64,000 nt of DNA. Origin: Gammaproteobacteria bacterium (GTDB lineage: Bacteria > Pseudomonadota > Gammaproteobacteria > Magnimaribacterales > D2472). Location of the stretch: the NCBI GenBank assembly GCA_038141865.1, contig JAYQIX010000006.1, positions 20,532 to 84,531 on the forward strand, read 5' to 3'. Made by a program: the position numbers and the translations under genes. Shown one piece after another: positions 8,984-18,071 of this stretch (position 1 is its first letter; each line of letters begins with the position of its first letter). Below the pieces are notes generated by a model, which was not told the DNA's origin, did no database searches, and worked only from the letters and a program-made list of their open reading frames with translations.

Positions 8984-9724
8984 TTAAGTACCTTGTGATT
9001 CAGTCACAGCTGCATGCCATATGATTAAACCAAATAGAATTTTGTTAACAAAGTCAGCAAAATTGTAAATGATATTCAATGAAGCAGGGTTAGTATCACC
9101 TAACAAGTGACCAAATACATATCCTAATGGATAAACAGCCCAACCAACAATGATGATCCACATCATAGTGTTATAGGCAGTCTGAACAGCAGGGCTAGCT
9201 TGCTTAGCAGCAACTCCGCCTTCACCAGAATATAGGACTTGAATCATATATAGCCAAGCTAACATGGCAATGACAAATGCAACCATTGCATTCATATTTC
9301 CAGCTTCACCAAGGTAACCGAAGATAAGCATAACTAGCGAACCAACAAATAACTTAGTAAAGAGAGAGCTTGCTACATTTGTTACAGCTCTAAGAATTAG
9401 ATAGAACTCAACAATTAGCAATGGAACGGTTAATAACCAATCAATATATCTGTATACGATAGGTGATGGCTGAGTATCTACCCATACACCTCTCATGTAC
9501 ATGTAATGCCAGAAAGCAATACCTGTTACAAGACCTGATACAGTTAATGATGTTTTCCATTTGGAACTTACGTTATCTCTTTCAACGAAGAAGAAGACTG
9601 TTGCAGCCAATAGGGCGGCTGTTACTAGCCAAAAAGAAACGCCAGTCATGTCATCAGCTGCTAAGTCCCCCGCTGCAAAAGATGGCATAACCATAAGTCC
9701 GGTCAACATTAATAAATATTTCAT
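8984..9724 (-). CDS. Proteorhodopsin, green-absorbing, DTE proton pump
   Basis: Signal peptide; FWHY (H75), RYIDWLLTVPLLIVEF (D97, T101, L105, E108), ADFVNK (D227, retinal K231); GAGGAG RBS. Confidence 0.98.
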   Translation of the reverse strand: MKYLLMLTGLMVMPSFAAGDLAADDMTGVSFWLVTAALLAATVFFFVERDNVSSKWKTSLTVSGLVTGIAFWHYMYMRGVWVDTQPSPIVYRYIDWLLTVPLLIVEFYLILRAVTNVASSLFTKLFVGSLVMLIFGYLGEAGNMNAMVAFVIAMLAWLYMIQVLYSGEGGVAAKQASPAVQTAYNTMMWIIIVGWAVYPLGYVFGHLLGDTNPASLNIIYNFADFVNKILFGLIIWHAAVTESQGT

Positions 9725-9749
9725 ATATAACTCCTCATTTTATATATTA

Positions 9750-9815
9750 AGCCAATATTGGCTATTTATTTAATTACGATCCCTAATCATAACAAAAGTA
9801 AATTTATGTATGCAA
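9750..9815 (-). promoter_or_regulatory. Putative sigma70 promoter of proteorhodopsin with a palindrome in the leader
   Basis: Minus strand TTGCAT-N18-TATGAT with TGn extended -10; perfect palindrome AGCCAATATTGGCT at 9750-9763. Confidence 0.55.
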
Positions 9816-9845
9816 GGATATAGTCAAACTTTATGTGTACGTAAT

Positions 9846-10430
9846 TTAAGCAAAATCCCCAGATAATGATGAAGAAATATCAGCAGAAATTATAGTTTCA
9901 GGTGACTGGTAGTTTTCATGATCAATACCCATGATTACATTTGAATCATTTTTCCAATCATTAATCATTGATGAGGAAAACTCAAATCTAAGATAATGCA
10001 CAGCTGATGTTTTTGTTTCATCTTCTCTCTCAAGATCTTCGTCAGCAATTGCAAAGACTTTATTATGCCCACTTACTTTTATCCAAACTTTTCTTTCAAT
10101 TCCTTTGAGAATTTTTAGCTTTTCTTTTCTTTCACTAATATTAGGGAATTCAATTAACATGACTGCTTTGAGATTTGTTCCATCAGGAATTAATGGATTA
10201 TAAGCATCTAGTTCCTCCCTGATACCCTCAGCATCAAAAATTTTCTCAATTCTCAACATTTCTTGGATTTGATATTGAATGGTATTTTTATTTTCAAATA
10301 AAAGCACTACATTTTCGCCAATGTATACCTTTCTTGATTTTTTTTCTTCTAGAACTTTTGTCCTAAAAACATCTCTATTTTCTGAATACTCTTCAAGTGT
10401 ATATAAGTCTGATTTATGTAATTTTTCCAT
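9846..10430 (-). CDS. DUF3501 family protein (rubrerythrin-associated)
   Basis: LLFEN..TIQYQIQEMLRIE, ELDAYNPLIP, KTSAVHYLRF. Confidence 0.9.
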   Translation of the reverse strand: MEKLHKSDLYTLEEYSENRDVFRTKVLEEKKSRKVYIGENVVLLFENKNTIQYQIQEMLRIEKIFDAEGIREELDAYNPLIPDGTNLKAVMLIEFPNISERKEKLKILKGIERKVWIKVSGHNKVFAIADEDLEREDETKTSAVHYLRFEFSSSMINDWKNDSNVIMGIDHENYQSPETIISADISSSLSGDFA

Positions 10431-10450
10431 TTTTTATTTTTCCTTTTAAT

Positions 10451-11809
10451 TTATATGCCGTATGCTTTTTTTAATATTGTTACAGGGTGAAGGTTTATTT
10501 CAGTGCTTGGATCTAACGCCTCACCAATGTGTTGAGATGCCATAGGGCAATCAGATGTAAAAACCTGAGGCTCAAATCTTTTAGCTTTTGATACAACAGG
10601 TCGTCGAATTTTTATTGATTTTTCATGAGATTCTACTTTTACAGCATAAGTACCATCATGCCCAGAACACCTTTCAATCATGTCTATAGATGCGCCAGGA
10701 ATCATTGCTAAAATCTCTTTAGTTTTTGGACCAATATTTTGCACTCTCTGATGACAGGCTGCTTGATATGAAATCTTATCGAAGTTATTTTTAAAATTCT
10801 TATTAAAAAGACCCTCTTTTTCTCTTAATGATAGATATTCAAATGGATCAAAGATCTTGCTTTTAACAAGCTGCACATCTTCATCATTAGGAAACATAAG
10901 AGGCAATTCTTGTTTATACATTAAGACGCAAGATGGTATAGGGGCAATTATGTCGTATCCATCTTTAATTGCTTTTACCAGCTGAGGTATATTATATTTC
11001 TTTGCCTCTTCAACACTATCAAGGTCTCCAAGCTCAAGTTTTGGCATTCCACAGCATTTTTCTTTTTCAATGAGTTCAGTTTTAATGTCATTAAATCTCA
11101 ATACTTTAATAAGATCTTCGCCAATATCTGGGGTGTTATAGTTACAATAACATGTCCCAAAAATCATTACTTTTCCAGAAGTTCTATCAGTTGAAGTTTC
11201 TTTAGGGTTAAATTCATCGAGTTTTTTGTATCTTTTCTTAAGAGTATTTGAATCAAATTTTGGCAACGTTGCATTAGAGTGAATGCCTCCTATTTTTTCA
11301 ATTACTTTTCTTGCGGATTTTGATGATGTTACTGTATTAATAGTGACATCAATTAAAGGTATGGATCCATACTTAAAGTTATCGGTTGAGCTTAAAGATT
11401 TGTCTCTTATCCTTTTCTTAATTGGCTCATTATTTTTTTTGAAGTTTGCAGCCTTAGACCTTAGCATTAAATGAGGAAAGTCTAATGCCCATGGATGAGG
11501 CGGAACATATGGACATTTTGTTTGATAACACAGATCACACATATAGCACTCGTCAACTACTTTTTTATAATCTTTCTTATCAACACTATCTATATCATAG
11601 GTTTCAGATTCATCAATAAGATCAAAGAGAGTAGGGTATGCATCACATAGGCTTACACAACGCCTACAACCGTGACATATTTCAAATGTTCTGTAGAGCT
11701 CCTCATCAATTTTGCTTTGATCATAGAACTCAGGATTTTTCCAATCTAAATTATGTCTTGTAGGCGCGTCTACGCCACCTTCTCTTGAAGTATGTATTTT
11801 TTCAGCCAT
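10451..11809 (-). CDS. Rubrerythrin-associated Fe-S oxidoreductase (GlpC/HdrD-like, CCG domains)
   Basis: CHGCRRCVSLC, CYMCDLC..TKCPY, CCGMP, CSGHDG, SDCP; ATG at 11809 preferred over the TTG at 11836. Confidence 0.9.
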   Translation of the reverse strand: MAEKIHTSREGGVDAPTRHNLDWKNPEFYDQSKIDEELYRTFEICHGCRRCVSLCDAYPTLFDLIDESETYDIDSVDKKDYKKVVDECYMCDLCYQTKCPYVPPHPWALDFPHLMLRSKAANFKKNNEPIKKRIRDKSLSSTDNFKYGSIPLIDVTINTVTSSKSARKVIEKIGGIHSNATLPKFDSNTLKKRYKKLDEFNPKETSTDRTSGKVMIFGTCYCNYNTPDIGEDLIKVLRFNDIKTELIEKEKCCGMPKLELGDLDSVEEAKKYNIPQLVKAIKDGYDIIAPIPSCVLMYKQELPLMFPNDEDVQLVKSKIFDPFEYLSLREKEGLFNKNFKNNFDKISYQAACHQRVQNIGPKTKEILAMIPGASIDMIERCSGHDGTYAVKVESHEKSIKIRRPVVSKAKRFEPQVFTSDCPMASQHIGEALDPSTEINLHPVTILKKAYGI

Positions 11810-11816
11810 GGTATTA

Positions 11817-11846
11817 GAAAAGGAGGCTGTTACCAACCTCCTTTAA
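11817..11846 (-). terminator. Intergenic hairpin (partial terminator or mRNA stabiliser) after rubrerythrin
   Basis: mRNA AAAGGAGGUUG-GUAA-CAGCCUCCUUU then UCU; 11-bp stem, GNRA loop. Confidence 0.65.
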
Positions 11847-11853
11847 ATAGAAA

Positions 11854-12270
11854 TTAGACTACTTCGTCTAAAGCTTTTTGGAACCTATTGGCATGAGATC
11901 TTTCTGCTTTAGCAAGAGTCTCGAACCAATCAGCAATTTCATCAAATCCCTCATCTCTAGCATCTTTAGCCATGCCAGGATACATATCAGTATACTCATG
12001 AGTTTCACCAGCGATAGCAGACTTTAAGTTAGATAAAGTATCACCGAATGGTTCTCCAGTAGCAGGGTCGCCACACTCTTCAAGGTACTCTAGATGACCA
12101 TGAGCATGCCCAGTTTCACCCTCCGCTGTTGATCTAAATACTGCTGCTACATCATTATAGCCTTCAACATCAGCTTTTTGTGCAAAGTATAAATATCTTC
12201 TGTTTGCTTGTGATTCACCAGCAAACGCATCTTTTAAATGACCTTCTGTTTTTGATCCTTTCAAATCCAT
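11854..12270 (-). CDS. rbr: Rubrerythrin, aerobic type lacking the rubredoxin domain
   Basis: [39 protein letters not shown] diiron ligands; GGAGG RBS before ATG 12270. Confidence 0.93.
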   Translation of the reverse strand: MDLKGSKTEGHLKDAFAGESQANRRYLYFAQKADVEGYNDVAAVFRSTAEGETGHAHGHLEYLEECGDPATGEPFGDTLSNLKSAIAGETHEYTDMYPGMAKDARDEGFDEIADWFETLAKAERSHANRFQKALDEVV

Positions 12271-12298
12271 AATTATTCCTCCTAGAATTAATACGTAA

Positions 12299-12363
12299 AT
12301 CATATTGGCAATTTGTATATTTTCAATATGTTTTTTTCTATAATACATATAGGCAATACCTAT
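12299..12363 (-). promoter_or_regulatory. rbr promoter with abutting OxyR-binding site
   Basis: Minus strand TTGAAA-N16-TATGAT (12326-12299); TATG-N7-CTAT-N7-ATAG-N7-CTAT at 12327-12363. Confidence 0.75.
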
Positions 12364-12395
12364 TAATATATATCTAAAATAAGTTATAGTAAATA

Positions 12396-12414
12396 AATGA
12401 TAATCATTCGCATT
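12396..12414. promoter_or_regulatory. Fur box immediately upstream of oxyR
   Basis: AATGATAAT-C-ATTCGCATT, 9-1-9 imperfect inverted repeat matching the Fur consensus. Confidence 0.7.
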
Positions 12415-12418
12415 AACA

Positions 12419-13339
12419 ATGAATCTTAGAGATCTCGCATATATAGTAGCTGTGGCAGACCAAGGTAGTTTTATTAAAGCAGCCAGGGTGTGTAACGTAT
12501 CTCAACCTACTTTAAGTGGACAAATTAAGAAGCTTGAAGATTATCTAGGCAATCAGATTTTTGAGAGGTCAACAAAAAGCCTCTCAGTTACAAAATTTGG
12601 AGAACAAGTGATTGAAAAGGCCAGAGCTATTACGGATGATGCTGATCAAATTACAAAACTTTCAAAAGAGAATTCTGATCCATGGTCATCGCCACTTAGG
12701 CTTGGAATAATACCTACCCTTGGGCCTTACTTAATTCCAAAATTTTTTTTAGAACTCAAACATAAGATTCCTGGATCAAAAGTTTTTTTTGATGAAAACA
12801 TAACTGAGAATCTTATCAATAAACTGAGTTCAGGCGAGCTTGATGCTGTTTTATTAGCAACTGATGTTGATAAGCAGAAATTTAATAATATTGATTTATT
12901 TGAAGAACCTTTTTGGGCAGCTTTTCACAAGGATAGTAAACTTAGAAATATTGATAATTTGAAATCTTCTGATTTAAAAAAAGAAAGAATGCTATTACTC
13001 CATGATGGCCATTGTTTAAGAGATCAAGCATTAAAAGTCTGCTCACCAAAAGATATTGATATAGAACAAAATCTTGACACTAGAGCAACTAGTCTTGAAA
13101 CATTAATTAATATAGTTGCCGCAGGAGAGGGTTTCACCTTAATACCTGCACTGGCACTGCAATCATCATGGACTACTGACATGGGGATATTTGTTGGCAA
13201 AATAAACGAAAAGCAAGCATCTCGAAAAATTAGCTTAATATATCGAAAAAAATTCTCCAAAGACAAGCTTTTAAAAGAGCTTGCATCAATGATTGTAGAG
13301 CAATCACCGAATACTGTTAAAATTTTGCTTAATAAATAA
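12419..13339 (+). CDS. oxyR: Hydrogen peroxide sensor OxyR (LysR family)
   Basis: LysR HTH VSQPTLSGQIKKLE, GIIPTLGPYL, DGHCLRDQALKVC (both redox Cys), RATSLETL. Confidence 0.93.
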   Translation: MNLRDLAYIVAVADQGSFIKAARVCNVSQPTLSGQIKKLEDYLGNQIFERSTKSLSVTKFGEQVIEKARAITDDADQITKLSKENSDPWSSPLRLGIIPTLGPYLIPKFFLELKHKIPGSKVFFDENITENLINKLSSGELDAVLLATDVDKQKFNNIDLFEEPFWAAFHKDSKLRNIDNLKSSDLKKERMLLLHDGHCLRDQALKVCSPKDIDIEQNLDTRATSLETLINIVAAGEGFTLIPALALQSSWTTDMGIFVGKINEKQASRKISLIYRKKFSKDKLLKELASMIVEQSPNTVKILLNK

Positions 13340-13358
13340 TGTTTAGTATTATTCACTT

Positions 13359-13844
13359 ATGAAAGTAGCAATATACCCAGGTTCTTTTGACCCAATAACT
13401 TTGGGGCATATGGATATTATCGATAGAGGCTCTGGGCTGTTTGACAAAATTGTTGTTGCAGTTGCTCAAAGTGAAGGTAAGAGACCATTATTTTCTCTAG
13501 ATGAGAGAGTTAGGCTAGTAAAACAGATATATAAAGACAATGAGCGCGTGCAAGTTCTTGGATTTCCAAGGCAACTGACTGTTGATTTAGCAAGAGAGCA
13601 TAATGCATGCGCAATAATAAGAGGCCTTAGAGCTGTAGCTGATTTTGAATATGAATTTCAATTAGCTACTATGAATAGAGCACTTGCTCCTGACATTGAG
13701 AGCATATTTTTAACACCTAAAGAAAGCCTAATATATGTTTCATCTAGCTTGATAAAAGAAATATCAGATCTTAAAGGCGATGTTTCTAAGTTTGTGCACC
13801 CGATTGTAGAGCAAGCACTTCAAGCAAAATTAGATAGAAGTTAA
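13359..13844 (+). CDS. coaD: Phosphopantetheine adenylyltransferase
   Basis: YPGSFDPITLGHMDII, RGLRAVADFEYE, VSSSLIKE. Confidence 0.97.
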   Translation: MKVAIYPGSFDPITLGHMDIIDRGSGLFDKIVVAVAQSEGKRPLFSLDERVRLVKQIYKDNERVQVLGFPRQLTVDLAREHNACAIIRGLRAVADFEYEFQLATMNRALAPDIESIFLTPKESLIYVSSSLIKEISDLKGDVSKFVHPIVEQALQAKLDRS

Positions 13845-13845
13845 G

Positions 13846-14655
13846 CTAGGACTGACATTTATTACAATAATATGTTGCTCTTTGATTTTGAATTATCTTA
13901 TTAACAAGCGCATTACATCTTTTGCATTTTTTATTCTCTCTGTCGTAAACCTTTAGCTTAATCTTAAAGTACCCAGCATTCCCATCTGCCGAATAGAAAT
14001 CTTTTAAAGTTGTTCCCCCTGCATTAATAGCATTTCTTAAAATAGCTTTAATGCTTTTTACTAATGCTTTGCATTCATCTGGTTCTAAGCTGCTTGCAGG
14101 TCGCAAAGGATTTATTTTTGCCCTAAATAAACTTTCTGAGGCATAGATATTTCCAACACCAACAACATTTTTTTGATTCATGATAAAACTCTTAATCGAA
14201 GTTTTAGAACTTGAGCGCAGATGATTTAAGTATTTACTATTAAACTTTTTGCTCAATGGCTCAGGGCCTAAATTGCTAAGTAAGAAATGAGAATCAAGAT
14301 CTTTAATTATGTGCATTGATCCAAATCGCCTTGGATCGTTATATATAATTTTTTTGCTTTTAAAGACCAATTCTACGTGGTCATGTTTTTTAAAATAATT
14401 GCTAGATTTGTTAGCAATTCTTATGCTTCCCGACATGCCTAAATGAAGAAGTAAACAAAACTCTTTAAAAGAAAAAATTATGTATTTTGCTCTTCTGTGA
14501 ATATCCTTAATTTGTATATTTCTGATTATAGAATAAAAATTCTTATCAATTTTCCACCTAAGATTTGGGTTATTAACCTTGGAGGATAAGATTTTCTTCC
14601 CAGAAAAACTTCCAATAGCTCTTAAAGTAGTCTCAACCTCAGGAAGCTCAGGCAT
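13846..14655 (-). CDS. mutM: Formamidopyrimidine-DNA glycosylase
   Basis: MPELPEVET, HLGMSG, GVGNIYASE, C-terminal zinc finger. Confidence 0.97.
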   Translation of the reverse strand: MPELPEVETTLRAIGSFSGKKILSSKVNNPNLRWKIDKNFYSIIRNIQIKDIHRRAKYIIFSFKEFCLLLHLGMSGSIRIANKSSNYFKKHDHVELVFKSKKIIYNDPRRFGSMHIIKDLDSHFLLSNLGPEPLSKKFNSKYLNHLRSSSKTSIKSFIMNQKNVVGVGNIYASESLFRAKINPLRPASSLEPDECKALVKSIKAILRNAINAGGTTLKDFYSADGNAGYFKIKLKVYDRENKKCKRCNALVNKIIQNQRATYYCNKCQS

Positions 14656-14658
14656 GAA

Positions 14659-16008
14659 CTACTTCAGAAGATTATTAATATTTACAATGTCTTTTGGAGC
14701 AATTGTTCCAGAGGCTAATGCAAGCCTCAGATTAGCAAGTATGTAATCATATTTTGCATTAGCTAAATTCTTCTCTGCACTATATAGATTTTTTTCTGCT
14801 TGCAATAAATCAACTACATTTCGTGTTCCAACTTTATAACCCACTTGAGTTGCCTCAAGTGCACTAGTCGCAGATATAACAGCTTGTTTTTGCGCAGTTA
14901 CATTAGCAACAAGAGTAATAACATTAGAATATTGAGATCTAACTTCTTGTATTACAGACCTCTCTGTAAATAATGTATTTTCAGTTGTTCTATCATACTG
15001 AGCGTATGCTTGTTTTCTTCTAGAGCTAACTGCTCCACCTTGATAAATAGGCATGCTTAATTGAATTGAGTAATTTCTTCTTCCAGTAACAGACGGAACA
15101 GGTATCCCTTGGCCATTAATGCTAAAACCTTCATAATTATATTGGTTTGTTTCAGACTCAGATTCTGTGCCTACAATGTTTATCTTTGGTAAATGGTTAG
15201 ATGCAGCGCTTCTTGCACCGCTTTTTGCAGCATCTTTTCTCAAATAGGCTGCCTTAAGTCTGAAATTCTTCTTTAGAGCAAGTTCTACCCATTGCTCTTT
15301 AGAAGTAGGCGTTGGAGCAACTATCTCTAAATTCTCTCCAAGTTCATCAATACTAAAAACCTCTCTTCCAATTAAGGCATTTAATGCTTCTCTAGCTGAA
15401 AATAAACTTCCTTCTGATCTAATTCTTGATGCTCTGCTTAAATCATATGCTAATTGTGCCTCTTGAACTCCGGTAATAGCAGACAGCCCAACTTCAAACC
15501 TTTGTTTTGCTTGATCAAGTTGTTGCTTTATTGCTTTTTCTTCTGAAATAGCAGCATTTAGATTATCAATTGCTCTTAAAACACCAAAATATAACTCAGC
15601 AGTTCTAACCAGCAGATTCTGTTGCTCATATGCAAAATCAGCTTCCGCTGCATCTGTTAGTGATTTTGATTGTTTATAATTAAACCAGTTATCTAATCTA
15701 AAGAGAGGTTGTGTAATAGAGGCAGATGAAGAAAAAGAATTATAATTTTGAGTTAACTCTTTATTTTGATAATACTCATTCCAATTTGTATTTCCGCTAA
15801 TTGAAACGCTTGGCAAAAGTGCAGCCCTTCCTTGAACTTTTATTTCTTTATCAGCTAAATATGAATACTCTGCAGCTTTAAATGTAGGGTCATTCTCAAG
15901 AGCTTCATTGTATATATCTAAAATATTTTCAGCACTTGTATGAACTGGAAATACTAAAACACACATCGTAATAACTCTAAGATGGTTTTTATATTTTTTC
16001 ATCAACAT
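14659..16008 (-). CDS. tolC: TolC family outer membrane channel
   Basis: Signal peptide, two OEP repeats, QRFEVGLSAIT, GYKVGTRNVVDLL; divergent from parE as in other gammaproteobacteria. Confidence 0.92.
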   Translation of the reverse strand: MLMKKYKNHLRVITMCVLVFPVHTSAENILDIYNEALENDPTFKAAEYSYLADKEIKVQGRAALLPSVSISGNTNWNEYYQNKELTQNYNSFSSSASITQPLFRLDNWFNYKQSKSLTDAAEADFAYEQQNLLVRTAELYFGVLRAIDNLNAAISEEKAIKQQLDQAKQRFEVGLSAITGVQEAQLAYDLSRASRIRSEGSLFSAREALNALIGREVFSIDELGENLEIVAPTPTSKEQWVELALKKNFRLKAAYLRKDAAKSGARSAASNHLPKINIVGTESESETNQYNYEGFSINGQGIPVPSVTGRRNYSIQLSMPIYQGGAVSSRRKQAYAQYDRTTENTLFTERSVIQEVRSQYSNVITLVANVTAQKQAVISATSALEATQVGYKVGTRNVVDLLQAEKNLYSAEKNLANAKYDYILANLRLALASGTIAPKDIVNINNLLK

Positions 16009-16178
16009 TTTATTATCTTAACTTAAATTCAATGTGTGCAGTGTAAACATTTTAATTATTTTTGCAATTGCCATAATTTTTTAAATTATATGTTTCCTAA
16101 CAAGTCTTTATTAATTTCTTAGAGTAGAATATATACAAATAGTTCAATGCTTAAATAAATAAGGTACTTATAAATAAA

Positions 16179-18070
16179 TTGGCTAATTCATACGACTCAA
16201 AGGCAATAGAAGTTTTATCTGGTTTAGATCCTGTCAAAAAAAGACCAGGAATGTATACAGATACTAATAATCCAAATCATCTTATCCAAGAAGTCCTTGA
16301 TAACTCAGTGGACGAGGCTCTGTCTGGGCATTGTTCAACTATTAAAGTAAGCATATTTAAAGACGGATTTATTCAAGTCATTGATGATGGCAGAGGGATG
16401 CCAGTAGACATTCATCCGGAGCATAAAGTTTCGGGAGTAGAGCTTATTATGTGCAAACTTCATGCTGGTGCAAAATTTTCAGGTGATGAGTATAATTTTT
16501 CTGGAGGCCTTCATGGGGTAGGAGTTTCAGTTGTTAATGCGCTGTCGAGTGAACTTGAAGTTAAGATAAGGAGAGATTCAAAAGAGCATAGCATTACTTT
16601 TAATGATGGAGAGAAAAAGGAAGAACTTCATCAAATAGGAGAAGTTGGAGCAAGAAATTCTGGGACAACAATCAGGTTTAAGCCTAATAGTTCCTATTTT
16701 GAGACAGCAGAAGTTCAAATAAAACATTTAAAACATCTATTAAAGGCCAAGGCCGTCCTTTGCCCAGGCCTAACAATAGATTTTTTTATGAAAAAAAATC
16801 AGAGCGAATCAAATGGTTTTATGAGGATGGTTTAAGAGGATATTTGGCAGAATCTGCAGAAGGTTTAGATTTAATTCTCGAAGAATCCATTCTTTGTACC
16901 AAGCCTAGTGATATTCAAGAAGTGGAATTTGTAATTAATTGGTCCTCAAAACCATACAAAGATAGGCTTGATGAGACATACGTCAATCTTATACCAACTG
17001 CTCAAGGCGGCTCTCATTTAAATGGCTTTAAATCTGGTTTATTAGATGCAGTTAAAGAATTTTGTGAATACAGAAATTTAATTCCAAAAGGCTTAAAGAT
17101 AAATGCAGAAGATGTCATAGCTAATGCAAGTTTTATCGTTTCATCTAAATTACAAAACCCGCAATTTGCAGGACAGACCAAAGAGCGGCTGGATTCTAAA
17201 GATCATGCATCTTTTGTTTCTAGTACAACAAAGGATGCGCTTAGTATTTGGTTTAATACCCATACCGAAGAGGGAGAAAAGATAGCTGACTTAGCAATTG
17301 CTTCAGCCCAAGTTAGAGCAAAATCATCAAAAGTAGTTGAAAGGAAGAAAACTTTTAAAGGTCCTGCACTTCCAGGCAAGCTCTCAGATTGCAATAGCCA
17401 AGACCTAAATGAGACAGAGTTATTTTTGGTAGAGGGTGACTCAGCAGGAGGTTCTGCTAAACAGGCAAGAGAGAGATCGTTCCAAGCTATCATGCCCCTC
17501 AGAGGAAAAATTCTTAACACTTGGGATTTAGAAAGTTCTGAAATAATTAAGTCCCAAGAGATAAAAAATTTATCAACTGCTATCGGTGTTATGCCTGGAA
17601 ACGATGATCTATCATCATTGAGATATGGAAAAATTTGTATACTGGCAGATGCTGATTCTGACGGTTTACATATTGCAACTCTTTTATGTGCATTATTTTT
17701 AAGACATTACAAAACTCTTGTACAAGAAGGGAGGATTTATGTATCTATGCCGCCTCTCTACAGAATTGATTGCGGAAAAGAAGTTGCCTATGCACTTGAT
17801 GATGCGCAAAAAGAAAGTATTGTAAAACAACTAAAATCTAAAAAAGGTAAGCCAAAAATTAATATTCAGAGGTTTAAGGGGCTTGGTGAAATGAACCCAT
17901 CTCAGCTTAGAGAAACTGTGATGGATCCTAGCTCTAGGCAGCTAGTTTGTCTTTCAATTAGTTCTTCAGATAATGCAAATTCAGTGATGGATTTACTACT
18001 AAGTAAAAAAAGAGCGCCTGACAGAAAAGATTGGTTAGAAAAAAAGGGCTCTCTTGCGGAAATAAATTAA
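16179..18070 (+). CDS. parE: DNA topoisomerase IV subunit B (apparent frameshift in homopolymers near 16781-16798)
   Basis: [59 protein letters not shown]. Confidence 0.95.
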
Positions 18071-18071
18071 T

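Noticed and set aside
8984-9724. Na+/Cl- pumping or blue-tuned rhodopsin
   Set aside because: The DTE motif and Leu105 indicate a standard green proton pump.
12271-12348. 26-aa N-terminal extension of rubrerythrin in the ORF track
   Set aside because: It overlaps the predicted promoter and OxyR box; a GGAGG RBS supports the ATG at 12270.
16775-16805. Programmed ribosomal frameshift or phase variation in parE (T7 and A8 runs), and similarly in leuS and dacA
   Set aside because: Indels occur in many unrelated genes, including essential ones, often at homopolymers and without stimulatory structures; sequencing error is more parsimonious.
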